A stretch of 64,000 nucleotides of DNA, from positions 1-64,000 of the forward strand of contig LT649244.1 of NCBI GenBank assembly GCA_900128395.1, in the 5' to 3' direction. A program made the translations under genes and the position numbers. The stretch comes from Stramenopiles sp. TOSAG23-2 (Eukaryota). Positions within the stretch are counted from its first letter, which is position 1. Every line of letters begins with the position of its first letter. The notes beneath the pieces are model-generated. The model had not been told where the DNA came from, searched no databases, and worked only from the letters and a program-made list of their open reading frames with translations. Shown piece by piece: positions 19,701 through 30,500 of the stretch.

Positions 19701-22700
19701 AACCATTCCAATTTGGAATGAAGTAATCCAACTGCTTCTTCAGCCAACGAATGATGCGTTTGCCACTTACACGTTCTTCATCGGTCACTATATCTTGTAT
19801 AAATAAGATTCTTAATATTTCATTTATTTCTAACCCGTTTCTTGAAACATAAATCGCACCTAAAATACGCTCTACAATGAAACTTGACAATGTCTGTTCA
19901 TCATTATTTTTGCTATGTATTATTGATGCCTTGTCAAACGCATCAATAACTATATTGCGGATGTTACTTTCAAATAAAAACTGTTCCATTTCCAGTATGA
20001 TCATAGATATTATTTCAAATCCAAGCTCTACGCTTCTACGTGGCATTTTAAGAATAACATCTTTGCGTTTTTTATTTTTTCCATCATTTTTTACCAGTCC
20101 ATCAATTAGTCGTATATAGGACAGAATTTTTTTCGGCGATACAGTATCTACCGTTTTCCGTAACAGCGCAATATCTAATGACTTCCACTTTACATCATGC
20201 AATTTCAGAATCTTTTGAAGCATATCTTTTTCGTTCATTGATAGCCAAATATCTTCCGTAAGCAATGTGTACGTATGATCAGCAAACCAACCATAGACCC
20301 AATTGGTAACATCAGAATTTTTATCTGAAGTTAGAACTAAAAGAACATTTGAAGGCATTCGCTGTGGCAACCAGTCGGCAACTGAGATGCTATAGCCCAT
20401 AGCATCTACCAGGGAATCAAGACCATCAATGATCAAAACAAGTTTAAGCCCTCTAGTCAAAAGTTTCTTTGAGTAGCGTTCAAGCACCATGACAAAATAC
20501 AATTTCAAAGTTGAAATATCTCCACGTAATATCTGGCTTGAAATTTCTTCTCCATCTTGAACCAACACTTGAAATATCAAATATCGAAGCATTTGATCAA
20601 CGGATTTAGATAATCGAGTGGCTTGTGAAGAAAAAAAAATAGTAGCATACCCTTCTTTATGCTTGTAATAATCATAGACGGACGTTGCGCTGGAAGATCT
20701 CCCTGATTCCGGATCCCCTAGAATCATAGTTGGTTTATCATCATTTGCAGCTTCTAATTTTTCAATGAAAAAAATATTTCGCTCTGTATTGAAAGAATTC
20801 ATACTCTTTTCTGATATGAATTTACTTTGTTTCTCTTTTTCAACAATATATGGATCTTTTTCTGGCATATTAAACAATTTTTTTAATTTATGATATAAAT
20901 CTTCTATTACTTTCATTTCAAATTGTTTCTGTTCCTTTTCACCATTGCTGTTGCTATCGTATGTTGAAAATCTACAGGATGAATAAGATTTCAAAGCACT
21001 ATCAAGTGCATCATCCTCTATTGTTCTCTTTTCTTTATCATTTTTTTTTTTACAATATGCAAAAATATATTTACCAAGATCCATAGCGTATTTTAATTCG
21101 ATATCAATAGCAGTAGGGGAAGACGAAGATAATGTATTAGATACAAAATGATTCATGTAAGGATCTTTAGAAACAAAATTTTCTATAGGATTTCTAAATT
21201 GTGTATTGTCGTTCTGTCCTCTTAATGCTATAACGATTGTACTTTCTTTTACCTCATTTAAGTACAATATCAAGTTTGCAGCATCTTTATTGATCTGTCC
21301 TTCATTTTCCACTATGAATCGATCGGAATTATTAATATTATTATTAAATCTTAAAGCTATTGGGTGCAAATGTATTTTCATCTCTTTTAATTGGTGATTT
21401 AATGTTGGAAAAACGTTTGTGAATAGAGAATCCAATTCCATGGCATTATTGTCTTGAATAGAGGATGAAATATAAACATAAATGTTCCGGTCTTTAATGC
21501 TGATATTATTATCCAGAGAATTGTTGAATATTTGACTTTCGATATTATTCTCTTCTAAACCGCCTTGAGAGATGGATTCGCTACCTCTTCTTGTAGTGAT
21601 CGAAACACTTAAAGACATATCAGATCTAGGAGCAGATATTGGGGCTGTTGAAGAACGTTTTGGCACTACAATATCTTCTCCATCTATATTTAATATATCA
21701 CTTCCGGATAGGGATGCACGCAAAGCAAGTTTGTTACTTGTCATGAACGTTGTCGAGTTATCTGCATTATCATTTTCTTGACTAAGCTTCTCCATTGGAG
21801 ACAAAAGTTTTTTGTATTCTCCTATGCCAAAGATTCTTCGACTTGAGTATGTCGCAACATTTGCCGTACCACGTCTCTGCTCGTTTCGACTAAATTGATT
21901 TATAGCTTCAACAGCTTTACGTGTTTTGCTGTCAAGTCGCTTGTTTCTATTATTAAGTTGAATTTCTCGATTTTTTAATGCTTGCACCAAGAAAAATGCA
22001 TCATTCGGGACATTAGGCATCTCACCTTTTCCAGGCGCCGCTGGAACAATTGGTAATAATGGACACGATTGACGCCTTTTCCGTTGGAGGAAGATATTTA
22101 ATAACTTTGCCTCGTCAAAATCTGGTTCAAACGGATATTCTGCACGACTTTTTGCATGAATGTGAGCTTCATCATATATTTCTGCAATTGTTTTAAAATA
22201 ATCATTATTGCTTTCTTCATTAGTTTCCATATTATCATATCGCTTTAATTCATCTTCCGTCATTGGCTCATCTATTGGTTTTTGTGCCCTTGGATTATAT
22301 TGCTCTCTTAAGCTTATGTCACTATTACTATGTACAGGTTGTAATTTTTGTTGTTGTCTTCGTCTTTCTTGCCTTTGTTGTAGTAGCTCTGGATCAGTAT
22401 GTGGTCCTACGAGATCCTTTGGTTTTGCGGTATAGGCCAACTTGGTCCATCTATCGCTATATCCACTACTGACATTTTTAATATTCGGCATTGAAGGCGA
22501 TTTAGCTATTTTTTTCCTTCTGTCAACAGAGTTTACTGCTGGGTCTGCATTATTAGATATATTCATGGTTGCCATTTGCTGCCTTCGTCTTGATCTGCTA
22601 TATGGACGTATATGAAAAGTTTTGTTTGGTAAAAAATTTTTGATTGGTATTCCATCTGCTGATATCCCATTTTGCAATTGGTGTTGACTTGTTGTTTCTG

Positions 22701-22911
22701 GATCTAATATTAGTGGCATACCTTCTTTTGTCATATCCTTCGTAAAGACTGCCATAACTTTACGATCCAATGTCCCTTTTGCACCACCAAAGACTCTTCG
22801 TCTTTTTCCTTTCCTACTTTTACCTCGTTGTTCCGTCTTCCATTTCCGTTCATAATCCTCCTTTTTAACGGGCGAATTGTAAGTACCGCTGGAATAAAAC
22901 TGCGATGACAT
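16705..22911 (-). CDS. NACHT/STAND-WD40 protein (TEP1/NWD-like) with DUF4062-like segment
   Basis: VYISSS..ELDSL..VFPTL; P-loop GDPESGRSS; Walker B VLIIDGLD; SRNGLEINEI; many GH..WD-like repeats. Confidence 0.75.
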   Translation of the reverse strand: MSSQFYSSGTYNSPVKKEDYERKWKTEQRGKSRKGKRRRVFGGAKGTLDRKVMAVFTKDMTKEGMPLILDPETTSQHQLQNGISADGIPIKNFLPNKTFHIRPYSRSRRRQQMATMNISNNADPAVNSVDRRKKIAKSPSMPNIKNVSSGYSDRWTKLAYTAKPKDLVGPHTDPELLQQRQERRRQQQKLQPVHSNSDISLREQYNPRAQKPIDEPMTEDELKRYDNMETNEESNNDYFKTIAEIYDEAHIHAKSRAEYPFEPDFDEAKLLNIFLQRKRRQSCPLLPIVPAAPGKGEMPNVPNDAFFLVQALKNREIQLNNRNKRLDSKTRKAVEAINQFSRNEQRRGTANVATYSSRRIFGIGEYKKLLSPMEKLSQENDNADNSTTFMTSNKLALRASLSGSDILNIDGEDIVVPKRSSTAPISAPRSDMSLSVSITTRRGSESISQGGLEENNIESQIFNNSLDNNISIKDRNIYVYISSSIQDNNAMELDSLFTNVFPTLNHQLKEMKIHLHPIALRFNNNINNSDRFIVENEGQINKDAANLILYLNEVKESTIVIALRGQNDNTQFRNPIENFVSKDPYMNHFVSNTLSSSSPTAIDIELKYAMDLGKYIFAYCKKKNDKEKRTIEDDALDSALKSYSSCRFSTYDSNSNGEKEQKQFEMKVIEDLYHKLKKLFNMPEKDPYIVEKEKQSKFISEKSMNSFNTERNIFFIEKLEAANDDKPTMILGDPESGRSSSATSVYDYYKHKEGYATIFFSSQATRLSKSVDQMLRYLIFQVLVQDGEEISSQILRGDISTLKLYFVMVLERYSKKLLTRGLKLVLIIDGLDSLVDAMGYSISVADWLPQRMPSNVLLVLTSDKNSDVTNWVYGWFADHTYTLLTEDIWLSMNEKDMLQKILKLHDVKWKSLDIALLRKTVDTVSPKKILSYIRLIDGLVKNDGKNKKRKDVILKMPRRSVELGFEIISMIILEMEQFLFESNIRNIVIDAFDKASIIHSKNNDEQTLSSFIVERILGAIYVSRNGLEINEILRILFIQDIVTDEERVSGKRIIRWLKKQLDYFIPNWNGSYSSSDTSCYQIKSKLLNATIKKLYASSFQSQANHYNNLSKAMHILKEEDDAVVTTRYLLDMPFYQVMSYNFKNLRRAVCSIDFINQCMMEDVQEQIGIEFQDLALNLYGDIIQKMSGNAYGDNAFVVLSRRDNGKYTTSKLKEFTNVEINKVRKDIMQYFTYFQSWIAHNGSKNKQHMTLFGLNFPSQSPIYMEALDYLESLGSEARKSLYTWINKPENNAVSRSIFTIKTSDIVSFHTNSKSNLFVTGHFNGHLFLFEKASGEKVQSFVFDGHRSPVTNVFMLHFGMFVASIAQNTLILWETSTATTLEKTKFKKNLIVSCCGNANNKDSPALVTCTEGGEIICWYLDINPSEGNKFLRHVEFSSVGESSVISSVSMSPDSKFVGVGLENGFVQIWEVLKSGLKFKTKFRLRNQTFAKVIAFNRNSEIVLVGDKIYGCMDVYKISGEQLFRCSGHIGSITSLSWAEDELHIVSSGSDGKTLVWDANTYACKGIVDQHHDTIISSGFVMNNIDANAEKDFKDSNDDTKVKTILTVDKYSVKVINKILKEKKMFEQKNYINYHRSMPLKNKSIGNYSSSIQLNNSVSSQSSKDDLNVPILDNLSLRLHQRKITCTSFSCDSSRALSGCAQGAINVWSYESGETLDILSTQVNDPVSQVQFSPTDKFILAGFNKGIIRLWNGTDYTFFREFEWHTSKISAITFSKNSEFFVSGSVTGVLQSWNTISGKFAKYASNVSNGDGNEINEDDLNGAEILALNNMHKHPVELLILTRDETSVISCSRTGELRVFSVNTFELLYVNTDFQNLKGYKRIVFRYKASSIPSIIGIIDGRLKSLDIKELVDLSKGTMKIWHEDLELQKGISTIKNEIYLRFKSLTDAVSKMEKETLLEHVNSSLKKLQFKMNPLVDEGLLGSFVDGNIIDVCNRSSTYVFTPTKTTVCIKDISTGVTFPVFESYGDVQSICFHPQDKSILMVGDDLGNVYILRNNISSYEKLDEPGFE

Positions 22912-23379
22912 GATTTATTAATAGTCAGATTAATTTACAAACTCCTTTCTTACTCAAAATCACTTTCTTATAAGTATATATGTGTGTGTATATATATAAA
23001 CGATGCAGGCAGTTGTGTACTACTATTTTAACAAATAATAATAATAGTAGCAACAGTATAATACAGGATGTATAATAATAATAATAAAAAAAAAATAATG
23101 CCAGAATGCACTACCGACCAGATAATAATAATATTAATAACTGTTTTTTTTTGTATAATAATATAAATATAAAAGCTGGAAATCTCAGCTGGGAAGACCA
23201 GAAGACTCTGCGCTTGCCAGAGTAATATCTGCTGGTATGTACAGCTCTATTAGTGCTAGCTCGAGCTACCTCTATACTATTATAGAGGATATATCAGACA
23301 GTGAAATTTCTGAGATAGCCAGATAGCCAGATAGCTGGATATTAATATTATAGCTCTTATAAGGAGATCCGTTTTTGGT

Positions 23380-23490
23380 GGTTGTTAGTTGGTAGTTAGC
23401 CAGTTAGCGTTAGCCAGTTAGCCAGGTTAGCCTGGTTAGCCGCTAGCTAGCTAGAGCTAGCTTGAGCTACCACCAGGTGGTAGCTCTAGC
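23380..23490. promoter_or_regulatory. GTTAGCC/GCTAGC repeat patch and palindrome in divergent intergenic region
   Basis: Repeated GTTAGCC; GAGCTACCACC-A-GGTGGTAGCTC at 23464-23486. Confidence 0.5.
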
Positions 23491-23765
23491 TTGTAAGTTG
23501 GTAAGTCCGGTTATGTATAATAATATGTCTAAAATCTAAAATAAACTTCGACGCCGCGAGATATAATACTACAATACTACTACTAAAACTACTAAATAAT
23601 ATTAGTAGTAAGTAGTAATACTTGCCCACATGCAAGCATCGAAAAAATAATAAATTATAATGTATGTATTAATACTAAAAGGAAAAGCATTCCATTCATG
23701 CTGCTTTAATTCATTATATCCTGTAAAATAAACTTCAAATAAACTATAGTTGTCACAATTTTAAA

Positions 23766-24830
23766 ATGACTAAACGTTTAAGCTATGAAGAAGAGAAAGA
23801 GAGAGGCCAAAAAATATTCGCTTCAACTGTAAGGTTTGGCATTAAAAGTCCTGAATTAAATCGTATGACAATGGACTATAATAGTACTACAGGTTTGAAT
23901 GATACACCGAAAGGAATTATAGATGGGATTAAAGATACGCTTTGCGTATTAGATGATACGCTTGCAGAAACATCCCCCTTTGTATGGATCCCAGCAAAAT
24001 TTTATAGATTGAAGAAAAGTTGCCCAGAACTTTTTGATATTGATCGTGACGTGACAAAACCAATCGATAGATTAAGTCCTCAAAAGAAAACAAGTGTAAA
24101 TCAAAATGATAAAGTCGCTGATGATGAAATACGTGAGCTTGTAAATGATTTATCAAAACAGATTGTAAAGACTCCAGTGAAACAAAGCGTTGATAAAGAA
24201 CCAACTTCGGAAAGGTACGTAGGATCTGTAGCATCAGATCCGGCTGTACTGGCTCTTTTGTATTCAAATGACCAAGAATATAATAAGAGAAAGCGTTCAA
24301 TGAAGAAACAGAAACCAACACCGAAAATGTCAAGTCGTCGACAAACTAGCGTACGAAAATCAACTGCTAGAAAAAGCGCAAGGTTGAGTGCCAGGTTACC
24401 CGGTATCTCTCCATTAAGTGCGAGTAGAAGATCAAGGGGAAGCTCTTCCGCATATGTAGTCAATACACCGTCTAACAAAAATGCACTGGCGGTGACTGGT
24501 ACTACTGCTGCTGCTAACGAAACGAAAAATATTGTTAAAAATGTTACGATAGTCGAAGAGGAAAAAAAAGAAGAAATTCCAGTTAAACCTAAAAAGAAAT
24601 TAAAAGGAATAGCAACCGTTATGGATTTATCAGAATTATCTGCAGGATTAAAACGTAAAGGCAGTCTTTACAAAGATTGCTATAATGAGTATGGATTGGA
24701 AAAAGAGTTGAAAAATATTTATGCGATTAACGCACAGCATTGGATTCCACGTACGGAACAAACAGAAATTAATGAGAGAATGGCATTAGACAGGAAATTG
24801 CGTCGTATGATAGCAGGAAAAGATACTTGA
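23766..24830 (+). CDS. Hypothetical basic, largely disordered protein
   Basis: 354-aa ORF with AAAATG start; no recognised domain. Confidence 0.7.
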   Translation: MTKRLSYEEEKERGQKIFASTVRFGIKSPELNRMTMDYNSTTGLNDTPKGIIDGIKDTLCVLDDTLAETSPFVWIPAKFYRLKKSCPELFDIDRDVTKPIDRLSPQKKTSVNQNDKVADDEIRELVNDLSKQIVKTPVKQSVDKEPTSERYVGSVASDPAVLALLYSNDQEYNKRKRSMKKQKPTPKMSSRRQTSVRKSTARKSARLSARLPGISPLSASRRSRGSSSAYVVNTPSNKNALAVTGTTAAANETKNIVKNVTIVEEEKKEEIPVKPKKKLKGIATVMDLSELSAGLKRKGSLYKDCYNEYGLEKELKNIYAINAQHWIPRTEQTEINERMALDRKLRRMIAGKDT

Positions 24831-25215
24831 AAGCTTCTAAATAATGATAAAGGATACATTCATCTACGAAGTAATATATGTCCTTAAAATACATGTTTCG
24901 TGTGTTTTTTTTTTAATATACAGCTTTGTACGATGTGTGTGTGTGTGTATTGTATGATAAGATTTTCAATCAATCAATATGTCGTTGAATAATGAATTTA
25001 CAACTAGAACCCTCCAGTTTAAGTTTTTTTTTTTGTTGCGGCGGCAGTTGTTGTTGAAATTTTTTTCTAAATACACACATTTACCATGCATAATCTATAG
25101 AATACATATAATAACATACATACGTGAAAATTGTTCGACTTATTAAAGAAAATATCATATCTAAAACAATAAAATCATTAACGATACAAGAATCACGATA
25201 TATGTAATAGGGGGT

Positions 25216-26128
25216 ATGAATTGTCCCCTACCGCCACCTCGACTTCTATCTACAGAGAACAATTTACCAGTATCAGAAAATTTTTCTGCCCATAATTTGA
25301 CTTGTTGGGAGAAAATTCAGTTTAAAAACATTGGTAAGTAAAGAAATTCCCCTAAAACTATAAACGATATAACCTCTCTAACTCCTTGTTCTTTCATACG
25401 CTTCGCCCCACACAGGAGGAAAAGGAAAGAAAATTTATGTAAAAAATTTAAATCCTCCACGATGCTGTATCAAGGAGACTACGGAGAACAATAATCATTT
25501 TGAAATATGTCCTAAAGGCTTAAAATTCATACGTTTTTTGAAATGTTTTTTCAGCCAATGTGGTGTTGTCGCTGATATATTTGTATTTTTTGAAAGTCAA
25601 ACGCACTGTGCTTGTATTGTTGTATATGCTTCATATACTGCTGCCACCCGTTCGTTAAAAGAATTAAATGGCGTACCGTTGAACGGTAGGTCAATTTTAG
25701 TTGCTAAACCAAAACAACATTATTTTTCCAATTTATATGTACATAAACAAGAGAGGCAAATAATAAATTTGGCAAATGTTGTATTTGGTTTCAATCATTG
25801 GAGTTCAGAAATAATTGAAACAAAATTAGAAAAAGTAGAAGTTGTAAAACGAAGGACAACGGAAGGGGGAACTTATGAAAATGAAAATGTATTATATGTT
25901 GCAGCATGTACAACTACTATACAAGTTAATATTGCGTTGTCTCCAACTATATTAAATAATTTATCAGTCCTAGGAACAATAACATATGAGGCTACAAGTG
26001 ATAAAAAATTAGAAGCTGTAAAACAAAGTCGAATTGAATCAAAAACTAGAGCATTAATTATTGCTTTTGAGAAAATCCAAGTTGCTGTATCTTCAAAATT
26101 TATTATCCCAATGATAATCAAAACATAA
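25216..26128 (+). CDS. RRM + Rad52-motif protein (RDM1-like); exons 25216-25333 and 25416-26128
   Basis: Intron GTAAGT (25334) to CACAG (25415) gives a continuous frame; RNP2-like KIYVKNL, FSQCGVV, LKELNG; Rad52 motif IINLANVVFGFNHWSSEI. Confidence 0.8.
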
Positions 26129-26262
26129 AAAGAGAGAGAGATATATACTCGTAAAATATATTTTAAAATAATGCACATTGAATATTTTATTCCCCTACAA
26201 CAATATATTCTTGTTTATGACATAATTTTAGTCTTCGATAATGGTGATCTGAAACAATGGAA

Positions 26263-26860
26263 TCATACAAGATGATATGATAATTCAGTTGCATTACGTT
26301 TAATATTATTTTCAATTTTGTCTATTGTCATTTTTATTGTTTGTATCGTTTTCTCATGTTTTTCAATTTGCTTTAGTATTATTGCAATCTTACGTGCCTC
26401 ATCCTTATCATATACTTTTTTATTTATTTCATTATCTTCCTTTCCATTGATCTTTGTTCCACTTTCTTTGCTTTAGTATTATTGCAATCTTACGTGCCTC
26501 ATCCTTATCATATACTTTTTTATTTATTTCATTATCTTCCTTTCCATTGATCTTTGTTCCACTTTCTAGATCTTTTTCTTCACACTTCTTTACTTCCATC
26601 GAAATATCGTTATTTGCATTTTGACCATCTGATGATGTTGCAACCTCACTATCACTGGTGGTAATAATATTAGGATGATTTGAATCATCTTGCTTTCGTT
26701 TACAAATTGTATTACGACAACAATTTTCAGGAATAGGAACTTCTTGTAATGCAAATGATAATACAACAAGGCCATTGAAAAAATGTGCAAACCACATTGT
26801 AAATGTAACAAAAATTGAAGGTCTTTTATAGAAAAATTCAATAGTACATCTCGTGGACAA
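26263..26860 (-). pseudogene. 3' fragment of a membrane/coiled-coil gene interrupted by a 100-bp duplication
   Basis: Removing one copy gives ..ILKQIEKHEKTIQTIKMTIDKIENNIKRNATELSYHLV*; frame closed upstream near 26884. Confidence 0.55.
26367..26567. repeat. Exact 100-bp tandem duplication inside a CDS
   Basis: CTTTAGTATTATTGC at 26371 and 26471. Confidence 0.9.
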
Positions 26861-27068
26861 TGAGTGGCAATCAATATATCTTCATAAAGATACGCATCAT
26901 CATGATGATGGTGAACAAGCTGGAAGCCATAAGACGGAGTTACCTCCATTAGATGGATATATTTGTGATCCAAAGTATAAAGGCGATTGTGGCACCCCAC
27001 CGATATTTCACAGGAAGTATAATCAAGAACCGTCTGGACTGTTTCGGCAGGAGCATCAAGAGCTGTAG
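26853..27068 (+). pseudogene. 3' fragment of another gene
   Basis: DNEWQSIYLH..LPPLDGYICDPKYKGDCGTPPIF..EHQEL*; no ATG; in-frame stop at 26829. Confidence 0.5.
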
Positions 27069-27510
27069 AAGCCAGGAAATTAATATTTTTTCATATTTAT
27101 TACGAGTGTGTTTGCATTTTTTTTTACGAACAATAATAGTAGAAAAATATGTGTTCTCCCCCGGTAAAATTAAATAAAAGTCGTGTTTTTGTGCTTTTTT
27201 TTTAAATTAAAAAAGATACAGACAACAAATATATCTTGTGTAAATAAGAGAATTATTTACAATATTTACATTTTTATTATTTTTACACACATATTTTTAT
27301 TTATTTTTTTAAATATTTTATTTTTTATAAATTTAAATAAAAAATATATTATTTTCCTTATTTTTTAAAATAATTACACACGAATATTACTATAATTACT
27401 AATTACTGGTAATAATATTCGTTTTTAAAATGTTAAAACACATTATTGTCTCAACATTGAAAGTAGCTCAGCTAGCATATAAAAATTTACGTTCGTACCT
27501 GCTGGTAGTT

Positions 27511-30500
27511 TTACGATCGTCGAATTAAATGCGCAGCATCATTCATTTTTTGTTTTGTACTTTTCATATTCTTATATATTTCTTTCTCAAAATGTTTTGC
27601 TGCATCTTCTGGTGATAAATGTAACATTAACTTTTCACGCATGTACATAATGTCCTTTTTAGATCTCAATTCAGGAATTTCAGCAGATATCATCAATTGC
27701 AGCAACGAAAATAATAAATTAGCGTTTTCGCGCAAGATATTGTATGCTTCACCACACGTTTCAACAAATTGACCAAACATTGGACTGTTTTCCCCATCCA
27801 TAACAGAGGCAAACGCAGGAGTAAAGACGAATGATTCTCTTTCCCTTTTATAACCAAACTTCGATTTAAAATTACCTAAAAAATGACCAAAATCAATGTG
27901 AAAGAGCCTACCGTCTCTCGTTACCATAATATTGTCATTGTGACGATCACCAAGCCCTAAAACATAAGTTGCTACACAATATCCTGCGCATGACCTCATA
28001 AACCGACGTTTGTAGTAAGGCCGTTTCTTTGTAGCCGTGTTACTCCTGCTGGTAACCATTTTGCCTCTATTTCTAGAATTTTCACGACCATATGTTTTCC
28101 TTTTTTTTTGTTTCTTACCAAAAAGCTGTTCAGTTTGCGTATCAAAAGTCTGCACCGATTCAAAATTCCAATTAGTGCCATGCTCATTATTTTGCAAACT
28201 GAGCCAATCACTGATATACGTCGTTTTAAACATCGCATCCCGTGCTATACGTAACTTTTTCAAAAAGAGACCTTCTGTATTTCCAGTTTTAACAATGCCA
28301 GCAACTGTCTTTGAATTTTCAACAATTTCAATGAAACCTTCTTCCTCTCCAGTTGGAACAACAGAATATGCCGATATTAATAAATCCAGTTTGTTTTTCT
28401 TCCACATTTGATCCATAACTTGCAAAATTTGTATTGTCAACTGATCTTGCCGTAAATCATCTCCAGTTTTAAACATCGCTTGCAATGTATAGGTTGGAAA
28501 ATTTGATTGACCTCTTGCTTCTTGGGTGGATAAATTTTTTGGAATAGCAATTGCGTCGAAATTCAACCAAAGCGGAACTTGCTTTGAATCCATGACACGA
28601 CATTTTTGAATGTTAATGTTTTTACATATAAAATCAGGAGATAGGGGCAATTGATATGTTTTGAAAAATTTTTCAGTTGTTAAATGCTGCAGCCCTGTTT
28701 TGATTTCGCGACGTTTACGATCCAATGATTTGAATTCTTTCAATGCCATGCTTAAATCTTTTAATTTTTGTACTAAATATAATTGACGGCCAAACTCAAG
28801 CCTATGAATATCTTCAACATGCATGAGATAAATTTGCAATACTATAGTATTCCTTGTTCGAACCAAATTATCATATAATGAAGATCGCAGGTTCCAATAC
28901 AAAACATGTCCAATTATATCTGGATTACGTAATGCCCTACGAACTAATAAACGTGAAAGTGCAGAATCATGATAAGGTTCATGTCGCAATGAATTTGTCA
29001 GTTGTAACATATATATGCGCATCTCGTCATCTGTCCACGAATCTAAACGTGTGACGGCAAATGATCGAACGGCTGGATCCGCAAACGATGGCCCTAATAA
29101 TGTTAAAGCATCAGTGGCAGAAAAACATTGCCACATGTTCAAAAGACGATGCAGCTCGGTCACTTGCTCTACTTTTGTATAATCTACTGCCAAGACCAAT
29201 TTTGGTAATGCTGCTGGTATTGACATCAACGATTTCCGACTTTCCCATATCAATAATTTCTCTGCTGCGACCATAGGTTCAAGTAAATCAGCTTTCACAA
29301 CTGCAACTGCCGGATGCGTATGGCGCCCATCTCTGCTATCCTTTAAAAAACCTTCAGGATCAAGGAATAGCTGATTTGGCGTTGCAACTTGATTAAAATC
29401 GGAGCTAGCACCAGCGAAAAGATTTTCATCGTCATCAATTGCATCCTCGTCATCATCTCCATCGATTACATTATCTCCATCGTTATTATTCTTTTCCTCA
29501 AGCTGATCCCGTTTTTTTTTTGCCGAATCGGGAGATGAAATGAGATCTATATATGAGCGCCCTCTTTCTTTTTGGTAAGAATGCACCACTGATCTTTGAT
29601 CTGGGGATACTCGTTCAAAAAGTACACGTAAGTCACCGCCAGATGCTGTATTAGCAACAACCATGCTCGATGATTGTGCTGGTTTAAACTCTTTCCCAGC
29701 CCATGTACTTAGTGTAATATTACCAGTTACGAGTTCACCTAAGTAATCGTATAACATAATACCAGCCCAAGAGGAAGGCACTGGATCAGCTTTCGCATTG
29801 TACTTTGCCGGCATAATTTTAAAAACCACACGTGTTGCTTTAGGCAATTCATTAATTTTCAAGCTAAACTCTGTTTTAGCTTGCCATTGCATTGAACTCC
29901 CTGATTCACCATCAAGTTCAATTTCCTTACTTAAAGTTGTTTCTTGTTTTTCTAATAAATGTAAACCGTGCCACAATTCAACAGAAACGATGCTCGGTTC
30001 ATATTCCCCCCCCTTCTTTTCTTCAAGGCTTAATATTGTTACTGAAAATGGCACCTCTATAAATGCGGAGGAAATATCCGTCTTCATATTCAAAGAACGG
30101 ACAAATTGAGAATTATTTTCAAAAACACTTGCCAATTGCTTTGCTACTCCTTGAATAAGAATTTCATCTTTTTCTCCGAAGTAACTCCATTTCTTTGTCC
30201 CAGACAATCTCTTATTTATCACTTGGATCACCGCACATATATCGTTTTCACCATGTTTATTAGAATATACTGGGGCGCACAGAATGGAACGAGTTTGAAA
30301 TCCCGTTTTTTTATCAACATCCCGATTAAATCTATGGTCTTTATACGCCCGGGGTATATTTTCTATCTTTCCTGTTTTTGCAACCTCACCTGCAATTCCT
30401 TTTACTGGTAATCTCAAACCTTTTGCCGTTTTATCAACTAATAAGACCAATGCTGGTGGATCTGCATTTTTATCATATAAAAATAGTCCACATCTTTCTG

